DNA from: Polyangiales bacterium
Lineage (GTDB): Bacteria; Myxococcota_A; Polyangia; Polyangiales; Polyangiaceae
Length of the DNA stretch: 64,000 nt
NCBI GenBank assembly: GCA_038231275.1
Contig: JBBRLQ010000001.1
Span: 64,001-128,000 of the forward strand
Reading direction: 5' to 3'
Both the position numbers and the translations under genes were made by a program. Shown here piece after piece: positions 47,065 to 57,878 of the stretch. Position 1 is the first letter of the stretch; the number at the start of each line of letters is the position of its first letter. Under the pieces are notes generated by a model. It had not been told where the DNA came from and did no database searches. It was given only the letters and a program-made list of their open reading frames with translations.

Positions 47065-47979
47065 TCAGGCCCCGCCGAACGTCAGGAGCAGGCGCTTCAG
47101 CGCGTCGTGACCGCCCGAAAGCTCCGCGTGCGCGAGGAGGAGCTGGTGCAGGTTCGCCGCGGTCGTTTGCCTATCCTCTTGCTTGGTACGCAGCGCGACG
47201 CCCAGCGCGGACGCGACGTCACCAGGTACGTCGGGGCACAGCACGTCGATCGGGGTCAGCTCCGGCACCGCCATGCTGCGCGTCCGCGTACCCCACGTCA
47301 CCTCGAGGCCTCCCGGAAACGCCGGCGCACCTGACAGCATTTCGCGGAGGAGCAGCGCGGCGCAGTAGACGTCGGTGGCCGGCGTAATCTCCTCCATGAG
47401 GGCCTGCTCGGGCGCCATGTACCCCATGCTGCCCTTCTGGCTCTTCGCGGTGTCCTTCGCTGAGTTGCCGACGGCGCGCGCGAACGCAAAATCGGCGAGC
47501 TTCACGTCGCCCGCGCGCGTGAGGAGCACGTTCCCGGGGCTGACGTTGCGGTGCATGATCGGTGCGTCGACGTTCTTCTCGGGATCGCGCGCCGCGTGCA
47601 TCGCGGCGAGACCGCCAAAGATGCCGGCGGCGACGTGGTAAGCCGCGGCACGCGGGAGGGTCTGCTTCCGCGTCGTGTACGAGATGAGGAGCGACTCCAA
47701 CGAGGGACCGTCGACGTACTCGAGCACCAGCACGGGCAACCCCTCGTGCGCGAAGAGATCGTACATGCGCACGATCGACGGGTGCGCAAGGCGTGCGTAC
47801 GCCGTCGCCTCGCGCGTGAGCCGACGCACGACGGCCTCGTCGTCGCGCGAGCTCGGGAGCATGCGCTTCAGCACGACCTTGCGCTCGACGCCGAAGCTGT
47901 CCGCCATCGCGAGGAGCACCTGGCTCGCGGCGGAGGCTTCGAGGGTCTGGAGGATTCGGTACGGTCCGATCTGCGGCAT
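47065..47979 (-). CDS. Eukaryotic-like Ser/Thr kinase fold, probable pseudokinase
   Basis: VVLKRM, HPSIV, YMAPEQ and TDVY retained; HRD is HRN, DFG is DFA, Gly-loop absent. Confidence 0.85.
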   Translation of the reverse strand: MPQIGPYRILQTLEASAASQVLLAMADSFGVERKVVLKRMLPSSRDDEAVVRRLTREATAYARLAHPSIVRMYDLFAHEGLPVLVLEYVDGPSLESLLISYTTRKQTLPRAAAYHVAAGIFGGLAAMHAARDPEKNVDAPIMHRNVSPGNVLLTRAGDVKLADFAFARAVGNSAKDTAKSQKGSMGYMAPEQALMEEITPATDVYCAALLLREMLSGAPAFPGGLEVTWGTRTRSMAVPELTPIDVLCPDVPGDVASALGVALRTKQEDRQTTAANLHQLLLAHAELSGGHDALKRLLLTFGGA

Positions 47980-48055
47980 CCCGGTCAGTATAGACGGGGC
48001 GTGGGCCGCCACCACCTAGAGGACGGGCCGGAGCGCAAACGCTACGCTCCTCCTC

Positions 48056-48550
48056 ATGTTGGTCCGTCTCGAGCCCCTCGCCGCCGCGCACGTTCCCCAC
48101 GTGATGACCTGGGTGAACGATCGCGACGTGATGCAGTACTTCGCGAACCGGCAGACCGCGATCACGGCAGACGAGGAGGCCGCCTACCTGACGACGCTCC
48201 TCGCGTCCCCGAACGATCGCGCGTGGTCGATTTTCTTCGCGAACGACTACGTCGGGCAGTGCTCCATCAACCAGATCTACTGGCCCGCCAAGAACGGGCG
48301 CGTCTTCATCGCGATCGCCGGGAAATTCCAGGGCCGCGGCCTCGGCCCGGCGGCGCTCGAGCAGATGATCGCCCGCGCGTGGGACGAGCTCGATCTCCAC
48401 AAATTGTGGCTCATCGGCCGGAAAGACAACCGCTCCGCGCAGGCGATGTACCTGAAGCTCGGCTTCGACTTCGAGGGCGTGCTGAGGGACGAGTACTGCG
48501 TCGGCGGCAAGTACTACGACATGGTGCGGATGGGCATCGTTCGACGCTGA
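48056..48550 (+). CDS. GNAT (RimJ/RimL/SpeG-like) acetyltransferase
   Basis: FQGRGLG and N.SAQAMYLKLGFDFEGVLRDE. Confidence 0.88.
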   Translation: MLVRLEPLAAAHVPHVMTWVNDRDVMQYFANRQTAITADEEAAYLTTLLASPNDRAWSIFFANDYVGQCSINQIYWPAKNGRVFIAIAGKFQGRGLGPAALEQMIARAWDELDLHKLWLIGRKDNRSAQAMYLKLGFDFEGVLRDEYCVGGKYYDMVRMGIVRR

Positions 48551-48557
48551 CGCGCGG

Positions 48558-49586
48558 TCAGTTCCACGTCGGGTCGGACGACGTCGGGCAGGCGCAGCTG
48601 GCCGCTTGGTGCACGTGCCCGGCGTTCGGCCCCTGGACGCACCAAACGGCGCAGGTGGTCCCCGATTGTTGGCCGGGGCACGCATAAACGAAGATGCCCG
48701 CAGTGCAGTTGCCGCCCGGGAAGTAGGTGCCGCCGATAACCGACGCGGTCGCGGCCTCACTCGCCATGTTCGTCGTATACGTCGTCTCGTCGCCCGGCGT
48801 CCCGAGCGGGGTCGGGCAATCGGTGTAGTGTTGCCCGAGGCCGTTGGCGTGCTGCTTGGTCTCGCAGCCATCGTCGACCATGCCGCCGTCGCCGGCCACG
48901 GGCTGCTTGCAGTTCGCGTAGCCGGCGATGCATGCCGAGTTGCAGGCGCCACCGGTGCATGTCGGTGTCCCCATGACGTTCGTCGTCGAGCACGCGCGGC
49001 CACAGGACCCGCAGTCGGTCGGCGTAGTCGTCGGCGTCTCGCAGCCGTCGGCGTTCGGCGCCGCGGTCTTGCAGTCGCCGAATCCGACGCCGCAACCGGT
49101 GTACGCGCACGTGGTGCCGTTGCACGAGGCGCCGGTGCTGTGCGTCGCATCGCACGCGAGGCCGCACGCGGAGCACGCTTGCACCGTGTTCGTCGCCGCG
49201 CACGTTCCGTTGCAACAGCTCTTGCCGCTCTCGCACGGGTGGCCGCCGTTGCAGCCCGTCGCGCACGTCTTCGCGCCCGTGTCGCACACCTTGCCGGCAG
49301 GGCAGTCTCCGTCTCCGATGCATTCGACGCAGGTGCCGGTGCTCGTGTCGCACGTGAGTGGCGCGGCACACTCGCTCTTCGACCGGCAGCCGCCGCCGTC
49401 GACCGCCGCGCCCTCGCGGAAGACGCCGCCTTCACCGATGGGCAGGACGGCGCCGCCTTCGCCGTCACCACCGCCGGTGAGCGTGTCGTCGACCGTCGGC
49501 GTCCCGTTGGCGCAGCCCGCGGCAATTCCCCCGACGCCGAGAGCGAGCGCGAGGCCGGCCATCGCCAAATGGCGCGCGTCCAACAT
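48558..49586 (-). CDS. Cys-rich repeat lipoprotein
   Basis: AAGC lipobox; CGSCGRAC, DGCET and C..G..DC modules typical of myxobacterial Cys-rich proteins. Confidence 0.75.
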   Translation of the reverse strand: MLDARHLAMAGLALALGVGGIAAGCANGTPTVDDTLTGGGDGEGGAVLPIGEGGVFREGAAVDGGGCRSKSECAAPLTCDTSTGTCVECIGDGDCPAGKVCDTGAKTCATGCNGGHPCESGKSCCNGTCAATNTVQACSACGLACDATHSTGASCNGTTCAYTGCGVGFGDCKTAAPNADGCETPTTTPTDCGSCGRACSTTNVMGTPTCTGGACNSACIAGYANCKQPVAGDGGMVDDGCETKQHANGLGQHYTDCPTPLGTPGDETTYTTNMASEAATASVIGGTYFPGGNCTAGIFVYACPGQQSGTTCAVWCVQGPNAGHVHQAASCACPTSSDPTWN

Positions 49587-49672
49587 GCGTGGAGCTTAAC
49601 ACTCGAGGTACGACGCGCCATCGTCTGTTGTGCGTCCCCGAGCCCACGACCCGTGCGCCCGGGCCGGAAAAT

Positions 49673-51532
<1,860 letters not shown>

Positions 51533-51548
51533 GGAGCTCCTCGAAACC

Positions 51549-52139
51549 TCAGTTGGCCGCGGGGGCCTTCGGCTTTGCGACGACGACCATCGCGGCGCGC
51601 ACGAGGCGCTCGCCGCTCAGGTAACCCGGCTGCACCTCGGCCACGATGGTGCCCGGCGGATGCTCGTCCGTCTCGATCTGCTGGATGGCCTCGTGCACCT
51701 GCGGGTCGAACATCACGCCGACGGTGGTTACTTTGATCAGGTTGAGGCGAGCCAGCGTGCCCTCGAACTGCTTCAGGATCATCGAGATCCCGTCGACGAC
51801 ACCCTTCACGTCGGTCGCCTGCTTGCTCGCGACGATCGCGCGCTCGAGGTTGTCGAACGTGGGCAAGAGCTCCTTCAGCAGCTCCTCGCGGCCGGCCTTG
51901 CGCGCGTCCTCGAGCTCGCGCCGCGAGCGTTTGCGGAAGTTGTCGAAGTCCGCGGCCGTCCGCATCCACGCGTCCTTGTACTTCGACGCCTCGGTGACGG
52001 CTTTGGTGAGCGGATCCTCGGCGACGGCCGGCGTGGCCTCACCCTTCGACTCCTCGCCGGAATCGTCGGCGGCCTCGCTCACCTCTCGCTCCTCCGACCC
52101 GCTTTCCTTCGTGCCCGCGCTGTCTTCCGTCTCGCTCAA
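51549..52139 (-). CDS. grpE: Nucleotide exchange factor GrpE
   Basis: [29 protein letters not shown] and GY...[11 protein letters not shown]; start TTG 52139 or GTG 52083. Confidence 0.95.
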   Translation of the reverse strand: MSETEDSAGTKESGSEEREVSEAADDSGEESKGEATPAVAEDPLTKAVTEASKYKDAWMRTAADFDNFRKRSRRELEDARKAGREELLKELLPTFDNLERAIVASKQATDVKGVVDGISMILKQFEGTLARLNLIKVTTVGVMFDPQVHEAIQQIETDEHPPGTIVAEVQPGYLSGERLVRAAMVVVAKPKAPAAN

Positions 52140-52231
52140 TGGATGGCCCTCGTCTTCGCAATATAAACCACTTTCACCGTTTGCACGGTGCTATGGAGCG
52201 AAAGGTCCCGCATGGTCTCTAGTGTGGTGGT

Positions 52232-54538
52232 ATGGCGCCGATCGAAATCGCCGAGCTGAACGCCCCGCAAGCCGAGGCCGCGGCGCATGTGCGCGGACCA
52301 CTCCTGGTCTTCGCAGGTGCGGGGTCGGGCAAGACTCGCGTCATCACCTACCGCATCGCCAACCTCGTCGCCTCCGAGCGCGTCGCGCCGTACCGAATCC
52401 TCGCCGTCACCTTCACCAACAAGGCGGCCGGCGAGATGCGCGCCCGTCTCACGAAGATCCTCGGCGAAGAGATCGCGCGAGACTTGTGGGTCGGCACCTT
52501 CCACGCGACCTGCGCGAAGCTCCTCCGCCGCTTCGGCGAGCAGGTCGGGCTCTCCAAGAATTTCGTCATCTACGACTCGTCCGACCAAAAGGCGCTCGTC
52601 ACGCGCGTCCTCCGGGAGCTCGACTACGACGAGCGCCGCTACCCGCCGCGCATGGTCCTGGGGCGCATCCACAAAGAGAAGCAAGAGGCGCGCGGGCCCG
52701 AGGAGATGAGCGTCGACTCGTACATGGATGAGGCGATCAAGAAGGTCTACGTCCGCTACGAAGAGCAGCTCCAGCAGGCGAACGCCGTCGACTTCGAGGA
52801 CCTCATCCTGAAGGTGGTGAGGCTGCTCGAGAACGAGAAGCTCGAGGCGAGCCAGGTCATCCGCCGGAGGTTCGAGCACGTCCTCGTCGACGAGTTCCAG
52901 GACACCAACGCCACCCAGTACCGCTTCCTCCGCGCGGTCTCGAAGGACCACGGCAACCTCACCGTCGTCGGCGACGACGATCAGTCGATTTACCGATGGC
53001 GCGGCGCCGACGTCCGCAACATCCGCAACTTCAAGAAGGACTGGCCCGGCGCGAAGGTCGTGAAGCTCGAGCAGAACTACCGCTCCTCCGCGAACATCGT
53101 CGCGTGCGCGCTCGGCGTCATCAAGCCTTCGCGCGAGCGCGAGCCGAAGGAGCTGTGGACGAGCAACGACGGCGGGCTCCCGGTCGAGATCGTCGCGACG
53201 CAGAATGAACGCGATGAAGCAGCGCACGTCGTCCGCTGCATCCAGGAGGCGCGCGAGGCGGGCCTCGACCTGCGCGAAATGGCCGTATTTTACCGCATCA
53301 ACGCGCAGTCGCGCGTGCTCGAAGAGGCGCTGCGGGCCGTCAACCTCCCGTACCAGGTCGTCGGCGGCATGCGCTTCTACGAGCGCGCGGAGATCAAGGA
53401 CGCGCTCGCCTACATGCGCGTGCTCGTGAACCCGCAGAGCGACGTCGATTTCCTCCGCATCGTGAACACGCCGGCGCGCGGGATCGGTCAGACGACGATC
53501 GATCGCCTCGTCGCGTTCGCCACGACGCGGAAGATCCCCGTCTTCGCCGCGCTCGACGTCCTGGACGAGGCCCCCGAGATCGGGAGCGCCGCGCAGAAGC
53601 GTTTGGCTGCCCTGCGCGACACGTTGAAGGACCTCGCCGTGCTCGCGACGTCGACGCGCCCCGCCGACCTCCTCGAGGTCGTCCTCGATCGAAGCGGCTA
53701 TACGGCGGCGTTCAAGGGCGAAGACAGCCCCGAGAGCGACGCGCGGCAAGAGAACCTCGCGGAGCTCCACGGCTCGATGATGGACTACGAGGCCGAGGGG
53801 CAGGCCGCGGGCGAGGTGCCTTCGCTGAGCGGCTTCCTCGAGCGCGTGTCGCTGCAGAGCGACGTCGATCAAATGAAGGACCAGGGCAAGGTCACGCTCA
53901 TGACCGTGCACGGCGCAAAAGGGCTCGAGTTCGAGCTCGTGCTCCTGACCGGCATGGAAGAGGAGATGTTCCCGTACCGCGGCATGGAGCCGGGCGGCCA
54001 GGAAGAGATGGAAGAGGAGCGGCGCCTCGCCTACGTCGCCGTGACGCGCGCGAAGAAGCACCTCGTCATCACGCACACCGAGACGCGGCAAATCTTCGGG
54101 ACGACGCGGTGGGGACGGCCGAGCCGGTTCTTGTCGGACCTGCCGAGCGAGTCGGTCGAGCACAAGGCCACCCGCGCCGCGGCGCCGCAGCGAAGCAGCG
54201 AGCGCTACGTCGATCGCGCGCGCGGACCGGGAATCATCGGGCCGTGGCGGCACCCGCAAGACGCGCCCGTCTCGTCGCGCGTCGCGCCGCCGCCGTCCAA
54301 CGCGATGCCTCCGCGCCTCGCGCCGGGCGAGCGCTTCGTCGATCGCGAGTTCTTCGGAGAGGAGCACGGGGCTCCGGAGAGTCAGGTCCCGCTCCGCCGC
54401 GGCGCGCGCGTCCGGCACGAGCGTTTCGGCGAAGGGGAAGTGCGACGCATCGAGACGAGCGGCGAGCCGGCGGTGGTCGCGTTCTTCCCGGGCTGGGGCG
54501 AAAAGAAGATCCTCGCGCGGTTTCTCAAGCTGGCGTAG
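52232..54538 (+). CDS. uvrD: UvrD/PcrA ATP-dependent DNA helicase
   Basis: AGAGSGKT, TFTNKAA, VDEFQDTN, GDDDQSIY.WRGA, LEQNYRS, HGAKGLEF, EERRLAYVAVTRA and C-terminal Tudor-like RVRHERFGEG. Confidence 0.93.
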   Translation: MAPIEIAELNAPQAEAAAHVRGPLLVFAGAGSGKTRVITYRIANLVASERVAPYRILAVTFTNKAAGEMRARLTKILGEEIARDLWVGTFHATCAKLLRRFGEQVGLSKNFVIYDSSDQKALVTRVLRELDYDERRYPPRMVLGRIHKEKQEARGPEEMSVDSYMDEAIKKVYVRYEEQLQQANAVDFEDLILKVVRLLENEKLEASQVIRRRFEHVLVDEFQDTNATQYRFLRAVSKDHGNLTVVGDDDQSIYRWRGADVRNIRNFKKDWPGAKVVKLEQNYRSSANIVACALGVIKPSREREPKELWTSNDGGLPVEIVATQNERDEAAHVVRCIQEAREAGLDLREMAVFYRINAQSRVLEEALRAVNLPYQVVGGMRFYERAEIKDALAYMRVLVNPQSDVDFLRIVNTPARGIGQTTIDRLVAFATTRKIPVFAALDVLDEAPEIGSAAQKRLAALRDTLKDLAVLATSTRPADLLEVVLDRSGYTAAFKGEDSPESDARQENLAELHGSMMDYEAEGQAAGEVPSLSGFLERVSLQSDVDQMKDQGKVTLMTVHGAKGLEFELVLLTGMEEEMFPYRGMEPGGQEEMEEERRLAYVAVTRAKKHLVITHTETRQIFGTTRWGRPSRFLSDLPSESVEHKATRAAAPQRSSERYVDRARGPGIIGPWRHPQDAPVSSRVAPPPSNAMPPRLAPGERFVDREFFGEEHGAPESQVPLRRGARVRHERFGEGEVRRIETSGEPAVVAFFPGWGEKKILARFLKLA

Positions 54539-54547
54539 CACCGGGGC

Positions 54548-56029
54548 ATGGAGCGCCCTATCCCGGTTCGCGACCTCAGCTGGCCCACCGAAAAGGCGAA
54601 GGACCTCGGCGCGCGCGCGTTCGCGCTGTGGGGAGACTTCCTCGAAAAGCTGCCGGGCCTTCCGGTCTCGCGTCCGTGGAAGGGGCGAAACCTCGCGCGT
54701 GAGCTCGATCTGCGCGTGCCCGCCGCGCCCGCGTCGCTCGACGACGTGATGGGGACGCTGAAGAAGCTGGTCTTCGAGACGTCGATGTACCCCGGGCATC
54801 CGCGGTTCATGGCGTACATCACCGGGCCCGGCACCGTGCCCGGCGCGATCGCCGATCTCGTCGCGGCGACGCTCAACGCGAACGTCGGCGGCTATCGCCT
54901 CGCGCCCGCCGCGACGGAGACCGAGCAATTTCTCACCAAGTGGTTCGCGCGTGATCTCTTCGGCCTCCCGCAGACCGCCGGCGGGATCATGGTGTCGGGC
55001 GGCGCGATGGCGAACTTCGTCGCGCTCAAGGCTGCGCGCGACAAGACCATGGGCTACGACGTGCGCGAGCGCGGCGTCGGCGCAACGAAGGTCGCGTGGT
55101 ACGCGTCGGCGGAGGTGCACGCGGTCGTCGATCGCGCCGCCGACATGCTCGGCCTCGGCGCGGGCGTCGTCCGAAAGATCGACACCGACGCTCACGCGCG
55201 CATGGACGTCACGAAGCTGAAGAAGGCGATCGACGCCGACATCGACGCCGGCGTCCGGCCCCTCCTCGCCGTCGGCACCGCGGGCACCGTCGCCACCGGC
55301 GCCGTCGATCCGCTCGACGCCATCGCCGATGTTTGCAACTCGCGGAGCATGTGGTTCCACGTCGACGGCGCGTACGGCGCGCTCGCGGTCATGGCCCCGG
55401 AACTTCGTCCCCTCTTCCGCGGCATCGAGCGCGCCGACTCGATCGCGTTCGATCCGCACAAGTGGCTCTACACACCGCACTCGGGCGGCTGCGTCGTCGT
55501 GCGCGACTTGCAACACCTCGCCGACGCGTTCGCCGTCCACGCGACGTACGTGCACGACGACAAAGAGAGCACCGGCAACGGGATCGATCAGTCGATGCTC
55601 GGCCCGCAGTTCTCGCGCGGCTTCCAGGCGCTCAAGGTCTACCTGTCGCTCCTCGCGCACGGCAAAGACGCGTACGCGCGCCGCATCGCGCACGACTGCG
55701 CGCTCGCACGGTGGCTTGGACACGTCGTCGACCAGACCCCCGAGCTCGAGCGAATTGGCGACCCCGGTCTCTCCATCTGCTGCTTCCGTTATGTGCCGAA
55801 GGAGCTGAAAAATACGCCCGATCGTGAGGAGTACCTCGATCGCCTGAACGAACGGATCATGAACGAGCTGCAGGCCGGTGGCCGCGCGTTCTGCTCGAAC
55901 GCGGTCCTCGGCGGACGCTTCGTCCTCCGCGCTTGCATCGTGAACTACCGTACCGAGGCCGAGGACGTGGAGGCGCTCGCCGAGGCCACGGTGGAGCTGG
56001 GTCGCACGCTCCACCGCGAGGGCGCGTGA
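54548..56029 (+). CDS. Group II PLP-dependent amino-acid decarboxylase
   Basis: HPRFMAYI, SGGAMAN, GTAGTVATGAVDPL, WFHVDGAYG and DPHKW. Confidence 0.92.
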   Translation: MERPIPVRDLSWPTEKAKDLGARAFALWGDFLEKLPGLPVSRPWKGRNLARELDLRVPAAPASLDDVMGTLKKLVFETSMYPGHPRFMAYITGPGTVPGAIADLVAATLNANVGGYRLAPAATETEQFLTKWFARDLFGLPQTAGGIMVSGGAMANFVALKAARDKTMGYDVRERGVGATKVAWYASAEVHAVVDRAADMLGLGAGVVRKIDTDAHARMDVTKLKKAIDADIDAGVRPLLAVGTAGTVATGAVDPLDAIADVCNSRSMWFHVDGAYGALAVMAPELRPLFRGIERADSIAFDPHKWLYTPHSGGCVVVRDLQHLADAFAVHATYVHDDKESTGNGIDQSMLGPQFSRGFQALKVYLSLLAHGKDAYARRIAHDCALARWLGHVVDQTPELERIGDPGLSICCFRYVPKELKNTPDREEYLDRLNERIMNELQAGGRAFCSNAVLGGRFVLRACIVNYRTEAEDVEALAEATVELGRTLHREGA

Positions 56030-56054
56030 CCGGCTCTCCGGTCGCGACGAAGGG

Positions 56055-56930
56055 TCAGCCGCCCGGGCAGGCCTGGCCGGCGCAGGTCACGTTGTTGTTC
56101 TGGCACTTGGTGCCGCTCGCGATGCACACGTTCTGATCGCAACACCCCCCGCTGGTGCACGCTTCGCCGGCGCAGCACGCTTGGCCCGGACCGCCGCACG
56201 CTTCACACACGTCGCGACGGCCGCACCCGAGTCCGCCCCCGCAGCTCTGGCCGGGGCAGCACGGCTGGCCCGCGCCGCCGCACACCTGGCACGTCCCGTT
56301 GCCGCACGCGAGCGACGCGCCGCATCGGTCGTTGGGGCAGCACGCCTGACCCGCGCCGCCGCACGCCTGGCACGTTCCGCCCTTGCAGCCGACGCCGCCG
56401 GCCGTGCACTGATCGCCGTTGCAACACGCCTGGCCCGCGCCGCCGCAGGTGCCACAGCTGCCGCTCGCGCAGCTCGCACCGCCGGTCACGCCGGGGCACG
56501 CCGTGCCCGAGGCGATGCACACGTTGCGCACGCAGCAACCGCCACCGCCGCACGCGCCCGACGCGCAGCACGGCTGGCCGGGGCCGCCGCACGCCGCGCA
56601 CACGCCGCCGTTGCCTCCGCCGTTGCAGACGCCGCCGGTGCCGCATTGCTGTCCGGGGCAACACGCTTGCCCGAGACCGCCGCACGCTTGGCAGGTCCCA
56701 CCCGAGCACGTGCCTCCGGTGAGGCACGCCGAGCCGACGGTGCAGCAGACGCTCCCGACGGCGCCACATGCGGTCGAGCCGTCCGCGAGGCTGCCCTGAC
56801 CGCCGCCCGTGATTCCGCCGTCATCGACGCCCGTGAACACGCCGGTGCTGTTGCTCCCGCCGCACCCCCAGACGATGGCGAACGCGAAGCCGACGAAGAC
56901 CACGAACTTAAGAAGGCGAAGCGAGCTCAT
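56055..56930 (-). CDS. Cys/Gly-rich tandem-repeat lipoprotein
   Basis: VWGC lipobox; seven C-G-[GA]-x-G-[QS]-x-CC units; AGGAGG RBS. Confidence 0.8.
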   Translation of the reverse strand: MSSLRLLKFVVFVGFAFAIVWGCGGSNSTGVFTGVDDGGITGGGQGSLADGSTACGAVGSVCCTVGSACLTGGTCSGGTCQACGGLGQACCPGQQCGTGGVCNGGGNGGVCAACGGPGQPCCASGACGGGGCCVRNVCIASGTACPGVTGGASCASGSCGTCGGAGQACCNGDQCTAGGVGCKGGTCQACGGAGQACCPNDRCGASLACGNGTCQVCGGAGQPCCPGQSCGGGLGCGRRDVCEACGGPGQACCAGEACTSGGCCDQNVCIASGTKCQNNNVTCAGQACPGG

Positions 56931-57162
56931 GACGATTTCCTCCTGGTTGTCCCCGAGGATCAGTGGGGACGACCTCGCGCGACGGCGCATGAAACGATCC
57001 TGATCGTACGAAATCGCAGCGCGCGAGTCCAAAAGGAGGCGCGGGTGATGTGGTGCGACGCGCTCGGCGAACGCACAGTTTCGTACGGCTCAGGAGACGG
57101 CACGCGCAGCCCCCGCCGCCCCCTCCGCACGCCACCACCACGGCAGCAACGACGAAAACGAT

Positions 57163-57780
57163 TCAGAAACGGACCGTGTACGAGACCCACGAGCCGGTCG
57201 TGTCGGCGCCCACGCGAATCCTCTCGAGCTCCTTCGCGGCGCGCCATGTCTTGGGTGGGAGCAGGTACGGAAGGAGGGCTCCTCCAAACGCGGCGCCCGC
57301 GCTCGCGAGGATCCGGTAGTGGCGCTCGGCGAGGCTCCACTCTAGCGGCACAGGTCCGTTCAAGAACCACTCGATCATCGGCGCGCTGGTCGCCGAGAGC
57401 ATCGCGAGCGCGACGGCCACGTGCCAGGTCGTTCGTACGCCGCCTTCGGGGGGAGGGCTCTGGACGAAGCCGTCGCATTTCGGCTGCGCGAGGTAACCGC
57501 CGCCGATCGTGAAGCCCCAGGTGAGGCCGACGAGGCCGGGCCCGATCGTGCGGATGCCCGGCTGGTCGTTGTATTTGAACCAGGTGAGGTCGGCGTACTC
57601 GGCGAGCACGAACGACGCGACGCTCCCGCCCATGTAGAGCCAGTCGGTGGAGCTCGCGCGATCGCAGAGCTCTCTTTCGCGGGCTCCGCGTGGGCGCTCG
57701 TCGTTCGCCGCGTAGACGAGCGCCGGCGGATCCATCGCGTCGGCGGCGCTTGCGGGCGGCGGTGCGGGGAGAGCGTCCAC
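57163..57780 (-). CDS. Hypothetical membrane protein
   Basis: Several hydrophobic segments; C-terminal SYTVRF; GC3-biased codons. Confidence 0.6.
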   Translation of the reverse strand: MDALPAPPPASAADAMDPPALVYAANDERPRGARERELCDRASSTDWLYMGGSVASFVLAEYADLTWFKYNDQPGIRTIGPGLVGLTWGFTIGGGYLAQPKCDGFVQSPPPEGGVRTTWHVAVALAMLSATSAPMIEWFLNGPVPLEWSLAERHYRILASAGAAFGGALLPYLLPPKTWRAAKELERIRVGADTTGSWVSYTVRF

Positions 57781-57878
57781 GGGCGGCCGACGTTAGCACG
57801 ATTTCCCGCGCAGACCCCTCGTGCGACGCCGCGCGCGGGCTCGACCACCGGCCTGCGAGGGACTAAGAAGGGTGCGCA

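Noticed and set aside
52170..52195. CIRCE element
   Set aside because: Only one half resembles TTAGCACTC-N9-GAGTGCTAA and the spacing is wrong; kept only as an unassigned palindrome
52136..56014. Very long antisense and off-frame ORFs (e.g. 1292 aa at 52136-56014 -, 975 aa at 16634-19561 -, 715 aa at 49589-51736 +)
   Set aside because: Shadow ORFs opposite or overlapping clearly recognisable genes; expected from stop-codon scarcity in high-GC DNA; no family motifs
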